Source: the human T2T-CHM13v2.0 reference genome, Homo sapiens. Taken from it: 64,000 nucleotides of DNA. Within the stretch, counting starts at the first letter, position 1. Each line of letters begins with the position of its first letter. The notes below the pieces were generated by a model. That model made no database searches. It had not been told where the DNA came from and worked only from the letters and a program-made list of their open reading frames with translations. A program made the translations under genes and the position numbers. The stretch is from assembly GCF_009914755.1 (NCBI RefSeq), contig NC_060941.1; one strand, given 5' to 3'. Of the stretch, positions 1-13,074 are shown piece after piece.

Positions 1-3
1 GAA

Positions 4-361
4 TGATATGGTTTGGTTGTGTCCCCACCCAAATCTCACCTTAAATTGTAATAATCCCCATGTGTCAAGGGTGGGGCCAGGTGGAGATAACTGGATCATG
101 GGGGCGGTTTTCCCCATACTGTTCTCATGGTAGTGAATAAGTCTTACGAGTCTGATGGTTTTATAAATAAGACTTCCCCATACAAGCTCTCTTTTGCCTG
201 CCACCATGTAAGATGTGACTTTACTCCTCATTTGCCTTCCGCTATGATTATGAGGGCTCCCTAGCTATGTGGACCTGTGAGTCCATTAAACCTCTTTCCT
301 TAATAAATTACCCAGTCTTGGGTGTGTCTTTATTAGCAGTGTTTGAACAGACAAATATACA
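4..361 (+). mobile_element. THE1-type MaLR LTR (possibly 3' LTR of a provirus extending left of the window)
   Basis: Begins TGATATGGTTTGG..TGTCCCCACCCAAATCTCA, contains CCATTAAACCTCTTT and AAATTACCCAGTCT, ends ..AATATACA; preceded by GAA as in the THE1-int polypurine-tract end. Confidence 0.9.
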
Positions 362-477
362 AGCACATATTTTTATTTTTGTTTTTTTTTTTTGTGGGGG
401 GAAAGTTTTAGTTCACAAAAAAAAAAAAAAAATCCCAGAAACAGAATTTAAAGAGAAAAGCAGAATGACCTTAAAAA

Positions 478-840
478 TATATGTGTATTTATATATATGT
501 GTGTGTGTGGGTGTGTATATGTGTGTGTGTAAAATATACATATACACACACATATGTGACTTGTCTTGGATATCAGCTTTTAATTATATATATGTATATA
601 TACCCATGCTAATATCCATGCTATGTAATACACTATATATAGTGTATTTTATATATATAGTGTATAATATATATAATACATATATAGTGTATATATTATA
701 TATAGTGTATATATTATATGCAGTGTATATATTATATATAGTGTATATATTATATGCAGTGTATATATATAGTGTATATATTATATATATAGTGTACATA
801 TTATACACTATACACTATATATAGTGTATAATATAGTGTG
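478..840. repeat. (TG)n/(TA)n microsatellite and TATAGTGTATAT-type AT-rich minisatellite
   Basis: Directly visible low-complexity repeats. Confidence 0.9.
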
Positions 841-2385
841 GATATTAGCTTTTAATTAAGTTGAGTTTTAACCCTAAAATTCTTTAAAACATCTTTTCAA
901 GTATCTTATTACCCGATTTTAGCCAAGATAAACAGCTGATATTTCTGGCCTTTGCACAAAATCCAGAACCATTCTAAAGACAGTTTAAAGAAAGGAAAGT
1001 TTCACCAGCTACAAATGGAGTACAACTCATATGTCTCTCCAGCCATCTTTTCTAGGGGTCTCAGCTTCTCAGCTGTTCATCTACACACAAAGGCCCCAAA
1101 ACATCGTGTGCCTCCCACAGATGGAAGAAGATGGGAAATCAAATACTGTCCAAGGAAGGAAAAAAGATTAATAATGAATTGGTATCCCAAGAGTCACACA
1201 AATATCAAATCAAGAGGGACTAATTCCCTGAGCAGGAAGCTAACCTAAGCCACAATGGGAATTGTAACCAACAGACTACAAAATGGAGCAGTGTCCACTG
1301 TGAACGTTGCATGGAATCCAAAGTGGCCTGTGTGAGTGTAACTTTGTTTTACCTCAGATTTTGCTATTTAATTTAGTTGAAAGAATTTTTAAGGTTTGCC
1401 ATGACACTAATATGATTCTTTTAATACTATCTTCCCATTGTTTGGAATAAGGGATCTCTAAAATTTTATTTTATTTTATTTTATTTCTCATTTTTAGGAG
1501 TCTAATTTAAGGAATGGATCTTTTAGCCATTGAATTTTGAATGGTGTACTTAACTCCAATAGCAACTCAATCCAATACCCTTTCTCAGAGAAGAAGTGAT
1601 TCCAAAGATCAAAGATTCCCCCATTTTCCCAGAAATAGGCTGAGAGAGTGAAACATTCTTTTTGCTATAGACAGTTAAAAATGGTGTTTTCCTCCTGTAC
1701 CCCGAAATTTGTTGGGGGCTGTGAGTCACAGACCAGTTAATCTGTCACATTGGGTAGGCCCTCCTGTGATTAGACTTGCTCAGCACTAACCAGGCAGCAC
1801 AGGTCAAGATGACAAAAGCCCCTTTATGAATGGCACTTCTTATGACAAACTCCCAAGAGCTTGACACGCTTGAAACAGAAAAAGTCACGGATTCCCAGCC
1901 ATTTTCAGACTGGCCACCTGACCTGACCCAGAAATCATGCCCCACGGATGGTGGGAACCAACAGAGAAAGCGCTCACTTGATCACAGGTCGAGTTCTTAA
2001 GGACATAAACAAGAGGAGACAGAACCTCAACCAGTACCCCTCTTTATGGCAGAACACATAAATACAAAGACAAACAAAAAGATTTCTGGGAAGAAAGGGA
2101 TCAAACAATATAAATATTCATATCACAAAATGCCAAAAAGTACACTAGAGTTGCTATACCCCAAGACTAGTCACACAGGCCCCCTTTTCTCATTAATAAA
2201 AACCTTGCAGAGGAGAGAAACAGTAATTTTTACCATCTACTCTACTGGACTGACCAAAAGAGAGAGCAGGACCATAGCTGGTAAGAAATTCTTACCCCTT
2301 TTGCTGGCTTCTTAAGTTCCTGGGTCTTTTTATTGAGGCTTCCAGAAGAACAGACAGGCTTTGGTGATTTTGCCCAAGGCACAAT
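841..2385 (-). mobile_element. Degenerate ERV1 (MER4-group) internal sequence
   Basis: Resembles MER4-group internal leader (GGTAAGAAATTCTTACCCTTTTGC; GGCTTCCAGAAGAACAG); decayed PBS-like segment at ~2367-2384 abutting an LTR; no intact ORF. Confidence 0.6.
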
Positions 2386-2388
2386 AAC

Positions 2389-3677
2389 TATGGAAGCCAA
2401 GGTCCTTGGTCCCCAAAAGGTTTGTTGAAAAATCACTGACATAAGGTAGATTGAGTAATAGGAGAAAATGCATACAAATTTATTTAATGTGTGCACATGA
2501 GAGCCTTAAGAATAAAGATCTTACCTCCCAACGAAGTGCAAAATCGTATATACCATCTTGAGGCTACAGAAAGAATGGATGCTTGGAACCTAATAAAACA
2601 GATTATGGGAGGGGAGAGAAGAAGAATTCTGTTGAGAGAATTACTAGGGAGAATGAATGGATCCAGGAAAAGATATTAACTTATAAGCAGTAGTTCTCTT
2701 TGGAATTTTAATAATTCTTGGAGACCATCATTATACTTGTAAAAGGATCGGCTCAGGTGCAGTTACATTCTTGGTCTTTTCTGCAATAGATAATGAGATA
2801 ACAAGGAGAGGAAGAAAAAACAATTATTCTGCTTGGTGGGTCTGGATCTTAGGCAGCTAAAGGAACTTTCATCTTCTACGAGAGGGATGGTATGGAGGGA
2901 AAGTTGTCAGAGAGACCTTGAAGCTTCTTCATTTCAGTATGTCTGTCATGAGCAGTGAAAGGTTAGAGATAACTAGTTCTACACATGTTTATGTCTTTTG
3001 ACAATGTCAGGCTTTTATTAATACTGTTTCAATCACAAAAGTCATGCATTGCAATGAGTTCCCAAGGAGGTAACCCTCCTTAGTACTTCCCGTTCACTTG
3101 GTAGTCAGTGCTGCAGACACACAGGCTCAGGCCACTCCACAAGTCTGTCAATATTGCAAACCATACATAATAGTATACTTAATCAATGTGTAAATGTTAT
3201 AGATTAAACATTCCACAACAAAGTAATATTTAGCATCAAAAGGAAAAAGAGGAGAAAGCATTAATGAACTGATCCAGGGGGAGTGAAGAAGTAAAAGGAG
3301 TCCTGGTTTGGGCCTGGAAGTCCCTGGATATTGCAAGGAAGAATCTTTGATATGGCAGAGCCTTGGTGGCAGATGCTGAGTTCTTAGCACAGGTGACTGG
3401 AATGTGGTGTCAGTTAAGATGGCCGATCTGGGCTGCTGAAGGCCTGCTCCTTTATGGTTAAAGAGTCCTCCGGTGAGAAATGATCATGGAAGAGTGTACT
3501 TGTTTTTGTCCTTATCTGGTTAGATGCAGTTCTTTATTTTTTTGTTTATTAAGCAAAACATCTTACCCTTGAGGGCAAAGTGTCCTATGAAATATAAAAT
3601 GGAGTTAGTTATGTCAAGGGTACTCTATAAATGTAAAAATGGCATATTTTGGGGATATTGGTTTCTGAACTCTAACA
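2389..3677 (-). mobile_element. ERV1 MER4-group LTR, split by a nested LTR at 2944-3629
   Basis: AAAATCACTGACATAAGGTAGATT..AATAGGAGAAAATGCATACAAATTTATT motif; end CATATTTTGGGGATATTGGTTTCTGAACTCTAACA resumes after the insert. Confidence 0.65.
2944..3629 (-). mobile_element. Nested ERV1 solo LTR (LTR24/MER4-group-like)
   Basis: Starts TGTCATGAG, contains ATTGCAAACCATACATAATAGTATACTTAATCAAT; flanked by ATGT on both sides; interrupts the outer LTR. Confidence 0.6.
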
Positions 3678-3689
3678 AACTCTTCCTAA

Positions 3690-3808
3690 TTTTTATGACC
3701 TCCTGCAAAGGGGAAGGTCTGGGAGAAGGTCAGAGAGATCTTACTTCTGCAGTCTTCTCAAGTGTCAAGGGGACGTATTTTGGAGTAGTGTGTCCTGAAC
3801 CCCCATCA
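3690..3808 (-). mobile_element. MER4-group LTR terminal fragment
   Basis: AGGTCAGAGAGA..GTATTTTGGAGTAGTGTGTCCTGAACCCCCATCA, homologous to the end of the adjacent LTR. Confidence 0.5.
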
Positions 3809-4059
3809 TTAATCAATGAAGATAAACCTAATTTACAAAGTAAATTTATGACTAGAATAAACTGGTCCTTTTTCAGTTCTTTACTTTTCCTTTGTACAAT
3901 TTAGATAGAGAATCCAGATGTTTATGGCAAAGTTGATCAAATAAGAATGAGGGAAAACCAAAGGGAACTGATGAATACTTGAAAAAGACAATTGGAGAAA
4001 AATATGCTATTTTCAGTCATGAAATAATAACACTTTCAATGACTCCCCATGTCTCAGAT

Positions 4060-4245
4060 GATGGGTTGAGGCCTTGCATACTATTCATTCAACCCTTACA
4101 GCAGCCTCAAGAAGCCATGATTATTATTGCTATTTTATAGATTAGAAAACAGCCTTAAAAGAGGTTACATAATATATTGAATTTTTTCGGAGTTTGTAAA
4201 TGGTGAAGTCAGCACTAGAACCCAAGTCCCTCTGCCTGATTCTCC
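4060..4245 (-). mobile_element. MIR
   Basis: ATTATTATTGCTATTTTATAGATTAGAAAACAG..AGAGGTTACATAA..CTAGAACCCAAGTC core. Confidence 0.6.
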
Positions 4246-5728
4246 TGAAGTGACACTATGATAAGAAGCTTCTCTGCACAAGGTCAAGAAACAAGGGCTA
4301 AGTATTTAAAATATTTTGGCATGCAGTGAGCCCATGTGTTTAGGTAAGGGTAAAAATAGCATCATTCTCATTTTCTCTTGATAAGTCTTTAGGTCATGGA
4401 AGATTTAAATATGAATGCTTTGGGATTCAGTGGTACTGTGTTTTCTCATTAAAAAAAAGGATTGAATTTCAAGCCAAGGGATTTCTGGAAAGAATCATGC
4501 ATGAGAGACAGCGGTAGTACTCTGGAGGTCCCGCCATATTGGGACCGGTCCTAATTGGCAGAAAGAAAGGGAAAGATTAATAATGAATATAATAACAGGG
4601 AGAGATGGAACAAAAAGGGCTCCATTCTCTTCTCTTTCTAATCAAGGGCCCTGATAAAAGACACACAGACACACAGCAAGAGCATTCCAAGGTTGAATCA
4701 TAGGATCAAACTTCATTTCCAAAGCTGCTGTCTTTTAAAATGTAGGTTCAGAAAAACAAGCCACGAACAATCACACAAATTCTCTCATCTTGGGCGAAAT
4801 TTTGAGCCAAACTAAAACAGAATATTTTCTAGAAGCTTATTAAATGTTTGGCAACATTAAACAATCTCTTATTTGTTATAAAATTATTCTTAAGCTCTCA
4901 TAGCTTCAATGATACTAATAGGTCTAAGTAAAGAGACAAATATGGAGAGAAATGTTAATGATGACTATTCAAATGGACTAATGTGAAACAAAAGGGCTGG
5001 AAAACTTCAATCACTCTTTTTTGTATTATTACAGGTGCCCACTTTGATGACTTGTTGTACTAGCGCCTTTGATCTCCATCATAGAAAATGCTCTGCTCCA
5101 TTTCAAAAGAGATTGTCATATATGCCATTTGCCATTCACTGGCCTTTGGATCAAACCAACAACAGACCTCACAGATAGAATTCCACCAATGACCATTCAC
5201 AAAGAGGTAAATTGTAGGTCTTTTGCATCACTTTTAAATATTTTTTTAAGCAGAGAGCAGTTTACAAAAAACAAATCTGTTAACTAATATTGCCATCTGT
5301 TCTGATCTCTAACAAGGCTTTGAGTCTGGGCTTTTATCATAAGGGATTTTGCCAAAGTCCTTTTATTTTCGGCTATTTTAAGGAATGAACAATTAAGCTT
5401 GGGTAGACTATGCAGTAAATGTTTCTGAATGTCAGCTTATGTCTTTGCTGCTGCTGCTAGTAACACTCCTAACTGCAATTCAAACCTTGATTTTTAGATA
5501 AGGATGCGCTGCTGAGCCATGATTAACCAAAGGAGACTTTGAATTTTCCATGGGAATTTTCCTACTGGCAGATAATTTTCATCTTGTAGCCAGTAACATA
5601 CCTATTTTTGAGAGAAAGAGAAGGCATTTTGCCATTATGAGGAGCAGAATGAATGTAGCTGGTCCTTCTAAGGACTGAAAGTGTGGCTTGTTAGCACTGT
5701 TTTAATCATCTGGAACTAAATTTAAAAA

Positions 5729-5950
5729 GGCAGTGCAGCAGAGTGGAATAAACTGGGAATTGTAGTCAGAGGTCAAGGGACAAAAGCCAGAATTTGCCAT
5801 TTAGTAGCTAACCTTGGGTACGTCAATTCAAACTTCACAGCCTCTGTTTCTTTATCCTTTATCTGAGACTAATAACATGGGCTTATCTCGATGAACAGTT
5901 GATGTAATACTTATGAAAATAGTTTGTAAGTGGTAAAGTTCTGCATGGAT
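5729..5950 (+). mobile_element. MIR
   Basis: GGCAGTGCAGCAGAGTGG..TAGTCAGA..ACCTTGGGTA..AGCCTCTGTTTC. Confidence 0.55.
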
Positions 5951-6605
5951 ATTGAATAAATAATACCTGGGCCACAAGGCCCAGTTCTAGGAATGTGAGA
6001 GAATATTAATTATAAAAGGTTAATAAATAATGCAATATGGAAAAATGAAATACTCATTTATATTAGTTTTCTATTGTTACATAACAAATTACCAAACTTT
6101 ATGACTTAAGACACGTTTATTATCTCACAGGCTCAGTAGGTAGGGGATCTAGGTGTGGCTTAGCTGGGTCTTTTGGAAAGGATCCGTCTAGAATCAAGGT
6201 GTCTGCCAGACTGAAAAAAAAAGGAAATTCTGCCATTTGCAACAACATGCATGAAACTTGAGGGCATTATGCTTAGTGAAATAAGTCAAGCAGATAAAGA
6301 AAAACACTGTATGATCTCATTTATATGTGAAATCTAAAAAAAATCAAACTCAAAGAAACAAAAAGTAGAATGGTGGTTGCCAGGGGGTGGGGGGTGGGGA
6401 AACGAGGAGATGTTGGTCACAGGGTACAAACTGTCAGATATGAGATAACTAAGTTCTACAGGCCTAATGTATAGCATGGTAATTATAGTTAATACTGTAT
6501 CCTATACTTGAAATTTGCTAAAAGTGTAGATCTTAAATGTTCTCAACACACACACACACACACACACACACGGTAACTCACAGTAACTATGTGAGGTGAT
6601 GGATG

Positions 6606-7309
6606 TGTTATTTTGAATATATGTTCCCACCAAATCTCATGTTGAATTGTGATCCTCAGTGCTAGAGGTGTTTGGTACTGTCCTTATGATAGTGAATGAG
6701 TTCTCATTTCTCGTAAGATCTGGCTGTTTGAAAGTGTGTGGCATCTTCCCACACAGACTGTCTCTCTTGCTCCTGCTCTGGCCATGAGATGTGCCTGTTT
6801 CAACTTTACCTTCAGCCTTGAGTAAAAGCTCCCAGAGGCCTCACCAGAAGCTGAGCAGATGCCAATGCCATGCTTGTACAGCCTGCAGAACTGTGAGCAA
6901 ATTAAAACTCTTTTCTTTGTAAATTACCAAGTCTCAGCTATTTATTTTCTTTTTCTTTTTCTTTTTCTTTTTCTTTTTCTTTTTGAGATGGAGTCTCACT
7001 CTGTCTCTGATCTGGAGTGTGTGACACGATCTCAGCTCACTGCAACCTCCACCTCCCAGGTTCAAGTGAAAGCTGCCTCACCCTCCCGAGTAGCTGGGAT
7101 TACATGTGCCCACCACCATGCCTGGCTATTTTTTTTTTGTATTTTTAGTAGAGATGGGGTTTCACCACGTTGGCCAGGCTAGTCTCGAACTCCTGACCTC
7201 AAGTGATGTGCTCACCTTGGCCTCCCAAAAGTGTTGGGGTTACAGGCATGTGCCACTATGCCCAGCCTTTAGCTGTTTCTTTACAGAAATGCAAGAATAG
7301 CCTAACACA
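6606..7309 (+). mobile_element. MST (MaLR) solo LTR containing an Alu
   Basis: CCCACCAAATCTCATGTTGAATTGTGATCC..CAGAAGCTGAGCAGATGCC..AAATTACCAAGTCTCAG..CTAACACA. Confidence 0.85.
6941..7267 (-). mobile_element. AluS with (CTTTTT)n tail
   Basis: Dimeric Alu, reverse orientation. Confidence 0.95.
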
Positions 7310-8164
7310 GTTAATTAACTTAATTGTAGTAATCATGTCACAGTATCTCTATATATCCGATCATCACATTATATATTTTAAATTTTTATGATTTAATTTG
7401 TCAACTATGTCTCCATAAAACTGAAAAAAACTCACAATTAATTACAAGAACAACAGCAAAAGCTCTTGGCTGGAGCTGGATTCTCATCAGAAAGCTTGAC
7501 TGGGGATGGATCCACTGCAAAACCGACTCAGGTTGTTGGCAGGATTCATCATTTTGTGGTTGTAAACTGAGGTTTCTGGCTTTTTGCTGACTGTTAGCCA
7601 GGAGTTCCAAGAGGCTGCTGGCAGTTGCTTGCCACATGGCTCTCTCCCCAAACCTCTTACAACAAGGCAGGTCATTCCTTCAAAGCAAGCAAGAGAGAAA
7701 GTCTCCAGCATGAGCCTGCTAGCAGGGCAGCTTTATGTAATGCAAGATAATCACAGGAGTGACATCAGCACCTTTATCATATGAATGACATAATCACAGT
7801 AGTGACAGCCTATTACCTTTGCAATTTTATTCGTTAGAGGCTAGTCTCAGATCCTGCCTACACTCGATGGGGGCAGATTTCACAAAGGCATGGATACCTG
7901 GAGGCAGGGATCATGGGGGCTTCCTTAGAGTCTGTGCACCACACTATTCATTATTAGGTCTCTGAAATTTAAATATTTACATCAGAGTATTTTTTTATTC
8001 AGTTCATTAAACACAGATTTTAGGTATCTGCCACATCTCTGCAAAGTGTAAAATATACACAGCAGTATATTTATCAGCCCAAACTGGGTATCTGGCCCAG
8101 ATTATTTTCCTCTAAAGCAAGATGAAGTTTCTTTTAGTTTCAATGAAGTTGGGTAGTCAGAGTG

Positions 8165-8670
8165 AGTGTTGTCTTCTGAGTGAGCTATCTTGGGATTGCT
8201 CTTCTGTATCTAGTCTATCACTCTCCATCTTGCTCTGTACCCTGGAAGGCTGACCTGTATAGTCTCCATTAAGTCTTCTGAAATCCAGTTGTGTTCGGCC
8301 AATGGGAGCCTACAATTGAAGAGAAAAGAGTAAGGTCACTTTATCTAACCCCTAAGCCCCTCTCTGCGGGGTCAACTGAGGCTGCCTGTGTCCCTCTCCT
8401 GAGCATTATCTTCTTTTTATGGCAGTTCCTCTACAGGAGTCTCTCCTGCCAGGATCCAGTAACACCTCTCTTCCTTTGTTATTTAGGCCTAGGGATAACA
8501 ACAATGTGGGCATTACTAGCCCTAGGCTACCACTGTGTTTTAGTTTTTACCTCTGTTTTTTTATTTCTCTGAACTCTTCCCATAATTTTGCTAATAGTTT
8601 CTTTATTAAATCTTCCTCAAGTCCATTGAATATGGTCTTGTTTTTTTCTTGCTGGGACACTAACAGATAT
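8165..8670 (+). mobile_element. ERVL LTR (LTR33-like)
   Basis: GGAAGGCTGACCTGTAT..TTCGGCCAATGGGAG..TTTATTAAA..TTCTTGCTGGGAC. Confidence 0.55.
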
Positions 8671-10039
8671 GCCACCCAAAGAGTTAATGTCCTATGAGCA
8701 CAGCAGTTAGTTCATAAGGAATAATCAAAACATGGTTGTTGAATGAATGAGGAAAAGAATGACTCTTCGCCAGTAAATGTGACCTTTTTCCCATTTGATA
8801 ATTCAATGTGTTTTGAGGGGCTTCCTTTACCTTGCACAGTTCTGGTAACAAGAGCCAATGTGATGATCCATATTTCCTGGAAATGCTTCCCACAGGTCTG
8901 GGATTATAAATGTTGTTTATTCTGGAATGAAGAAGAGCATTGGTTTTCTTCTTTCTCTCTTACTCTTAGCCAAAAGATATGCATGGGGTCAAAAGCAGCA
9001 AGATGGGTACATTTACAACAGGATCTCAGAGTTAATTTCTGAATTTAGTAATGTCTTAATATACATCTGTGGTAGGAAAAGCAACAATGCAGAAGCAAAG
9101 ATTACAACACTAATGGAGAGTTACTGCAATGTGATGGAAAAAGATAAAATAAGTATGAATATTGGATAAAGCTAAGATTTTAAAAAATAGGCACTCTATC
9201 AGGAAAATCTAAGTAAAAACATGTGAGATTATGGAACAAACGCTCAAGGAAGTATAAAGCGTTTGATTTTTAAAGATAACCAAAAAGACATTTGGCTGGG
9301 TATCCAATATTGAGTGTTGACAAATGGGAAAATATAAGGGATTAAATCAATAATTTTGACATCTTGGTATGGCTGGTTTATAGGACTATTTCATTGTGTT
9401 CTGGTATCAATATTTGGCCACTGCTGTCTTATCAATAAGATATCATTGAGATGTCTCAACCATTTGTTTTAATCACACAGGCATGAGTTATCATGGCTTC
9501 CAATAGGAAATAAGCAGCTGTCAGACTTCTGGACTTTGTCTTCATTCCTTTCTCTTATTAGTTTTGACATTACAGACACAAGATATCCTGGATGGACCAA
9601 GGACTTTGGAGTATGAATACCATTCCTAGACATAGAATCATTTTGTTTGTTTATTTGCCAGCTCATGGGCCCCATAGAGTTCCTCTCTGTTAGTCTACTT
9701 CCTGTTCTACTGTAAAAGTAGGACACAGGATGACATGCCTGAAAATCTACTCCTCTGAGTTTTAAAAGGGTAAGAACCCAACTCAGATACTATTCATAGG
9801 GATCCTTGGTTTTAAGCTGTACTTTGTACACTTGGTTTTATGTAATTTTTAAAGAAGAAAATGCATTTGCCTACTTACCTCTACCAGGACTCAATTAGTT
9901 ACTTATGACATTACACGTGCACAGAATGTTCTGTTTATGAACATCTTCAGAGAACTTTACTAATTTTTAATTCCTATTTTTGAAATCTTGGTGGAAATCA
10001 CAAGTTCTAGTAGCAGTTGTGGCAGAGATACAAGAAATA

Positions 10040-10222
10040 CAGGGTTGAACCCATGGGCTAGAGACTTGTGTTCCAGACCTAGATCTGCCACCAACTGACT
10101 GCAGACCATTGATCACATTACATCTGTGGGTTCCATTCTCTTCTTCTGAAAAGGTAACATACAAAAATAAAAAGTTTGCATGCATAATCACTGTGATCCA
10201 TATAGTTTTAAGATTCTCTAAT
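10040..10222 (+). mobile_element. MIR/MIR3
   Basis: GACTTGTGTTCCAGACCTAGATCTGCCACCAACTGACTG..TTAAGATTCT. Confidence 0.5.
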
Positions 10223-10359
10223 GCATACCCTAATTTTCACTTGCTCAAAATACATATAAAACTTCTGAATTAACCTAATTTGAAATATTTATTGAACATT
10301 TACTTTATTCAGAGATAGGTGTGGGTAATACACATAGAATAAAATAACGTAGTTATTAA

Positions 10360-10689
<330 letters not shown>

Positions 10690-10883
10690 TGAGTTTTGTT
10701 TTTTTAATGCACACTCTATAAACATAATGACCACATTTTAGGAACTTCTATGATTGGTTAAGGAGAAAGGGCATGTTCAAAAATAAACCTGATGCTTGAC
10801 AGGGACTGAAAAGGGAGACCAGGATTATAATCCAAAGCCATAAAAATATTTTTGTGTCTAGGAACCTATCGTAAGAAATGCAA

Positions 10884-11070
10884 TAATAGCTAATATGTAA
10901 TTTTTTCTCTGTGCCAGACCCAGGCCAAGTGCTTCTCATAACTTAAAACAATGTTATTAAGTGAGTACTATTATTTACTTCATTCTACAGACTACCAAAG
11001 AGTATCACAGACATTAGTTAATTCATTCGGGATGGAATCAAGATGCTAATTCAGGCTACTGTCTGATAGT
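10884..11070 (-). mobile_element. MIR
   Basis: AATAGCTAAT..TGTGCCAGAC..TACTATTATT..CATTCTACAGA. Confidence 0.5.
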
Positions 11071-11187
11071 GAATTCACTTCTTTTTAGATTTAATAAAGA
11101 TGCTTGATGTATTCCAAAAAAAAAATGAAATAGTTTTTAACAAGTGACATCTAAGAAAACTTTAAACAGTCTATATTTTTGGTCCTT

Positions 11188-11382
11188 ACAATGTTTTTCA
11201 AATGTTTTTGTCCCATGACCATCTGTATGAGAATCACTCAAGTGGATTTGTTAAAAATATAGATTATTGGGTCCTTCCCCTAACTTATTAAATCAAAATT
11301 CTGAGATTGGGTAAGAAAATCTGAATTTTTAACAATCATTTTGGTTTATTCCGATGTACATCAAAGTGGAGCATAAATTCTA
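11188..11382. mobile_element. MER5 (hAT-Charlie MITE)
   Basis: AGAATCAC..TTGTTAAAAATATAGATT..AATCTGAATTTTTAACAA. Confidence 0.65.
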
Positions 11383-11849
11383 AAGGGAAAGATTAGATTT
11401 CATTAGATGACTAAGTTGGACAACAATTGTAGATGGACAGAATATAGACAAAGGTATGGCAGCTGAAAATATGGCATGCTGGGGATTTGAAAGCAAAAGT
11501 TTCCTGGGGTGTGGGGTGCATATAAGGAAGTAGCAAGATATAAGCCTTGAAAAAGTACAGGTCAAACTTCATTGAGCCTTGAGTAAAGTTGTTAGGACTT
11601 TGAACTTTCTAGGCTTTATTTGAATTGAACTATTTGGTGTTTGGGGGTAGGAAAATAGCCTATTAAAGCAGAATTTTGGCAAACTTGTCTTGTAGCCATT
11701 AAGTTGGTTGGAATGTGGATGGATTGCCAAGTGCTGACATAATTAAGCCTCTTATTTAATGCCTGGATTAATTAATATACATCACCTGATGATACTGAGT
11801 ACCCAGCTATGAAAAGATTAAAGTAAAATACATTGTGGGAAAACAAAAT

Positions 11850-12260
11850 ACAACAAAATTCTGTGTAGACATTTCCTGAGTATAGATGTTGAGAGAGGAG
11901 TCCAAAAGACAAGAGCTTGGGTATCTGAGTGTCTGGACCAATGCAGCATCATTTAGTAGGAAGAGATGAATCTGAAGGAGACGCTGGTTTAATGCCAGGT
12001 GGTGGAGAATTCATTTTTACAAGTGTTGTGGTACCAGCAAAACACTCGGATCTTCAGGTCTTTAGGCAATTGGGAATTCAAGACTGAATTGAAGGTAAAA
12101 TGTCACAGCCTGAGGCATAGATTTGGATGTGCTGGTGTTACTGATGGAAGGAGAACACTGAAGGTCAAGGAGCAAATAAAACACTTAGAAGATGAGAGAA
12201 ACAAATAAAAGAGCAGCGCCTGGGGAACAGATATTGTGGAGAAGAGACTGAGGAAAAAAA
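11850..12260 (+). mobile_element. L2 fragment
   Basis: Purine-rich degenerate L2-like sequence. Confidence 0.4.
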
Positions 12261-12708
12261 TGAACATTATTCTCAGTAAGAGCTGGATGAACTTATAGCC
12301 TGAAGTGACTCTGGTATAGTCTCATCTTAAATAGGGAAATATATACATAAACATCTTAAAATATTACCAGTGACCAGCATTATTTGTATTTCCAGAGAAT
12401 TTATGGTTAAAATTAGGATCAAAGAATTTCCTACTATGGTGGTTATAAAGAAAGAAATGGACGTTACGTGTCTTCATAATCCCTCTTTAGATTACAGATC
12501 TATAGATCTTTAGATTCTCTATTGAATAATAAATTAAGTAGCGTTTGAACAAACCTAGCAAGCAAAGCACATATATCATTAAAATTATTCGATTCCCAGA
12601 GTACCAGTTATACTACTCTCAACCTAAAGGGTTCTCAGCAGTTTGTAACTGGTGACAAAAGCCTCTGCCTGAGTCAGGCACTACTTGAGAACAACTATAA
12701 AACATTCA

Positions 12709-13074
<366 letters not shown>

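Larger units (their letters stand above)
6214..7430 (+). mobile_element. L1M (L1MA/MB-type) 3' end, split by MST LTR (pieces 6214-6605, 7310-7430)
   Basis: CATTTGCAACAACATG..AGTGAAATAAGTCA..GTAGAATGGTGGTTGCCAGGGG..GTAACTATGTGAGGTGATGG 3'UTR motifs. Confidence 0.85.
6059..7943 (-). mobile_element. MLT1 (MaLR) LTR in two pieces (6059-6213, ~7465-7943), host of nested L1/MST/Alu
   Basis: TATTAGTTTTCTATTGTTACATAACAAATTACC start; GGTTGTTGGCAGGATTCA; ends CTTAGAGTCTGTGCACCACA. Confidence 0.75.

Noticed and set aside
267-824. Longest ORF (185 aa)
   Set aside because: Reads through an LTR end, homopolymers and TA/TG repeats; the Y/I/V-rich translation is a low-complexity artefact
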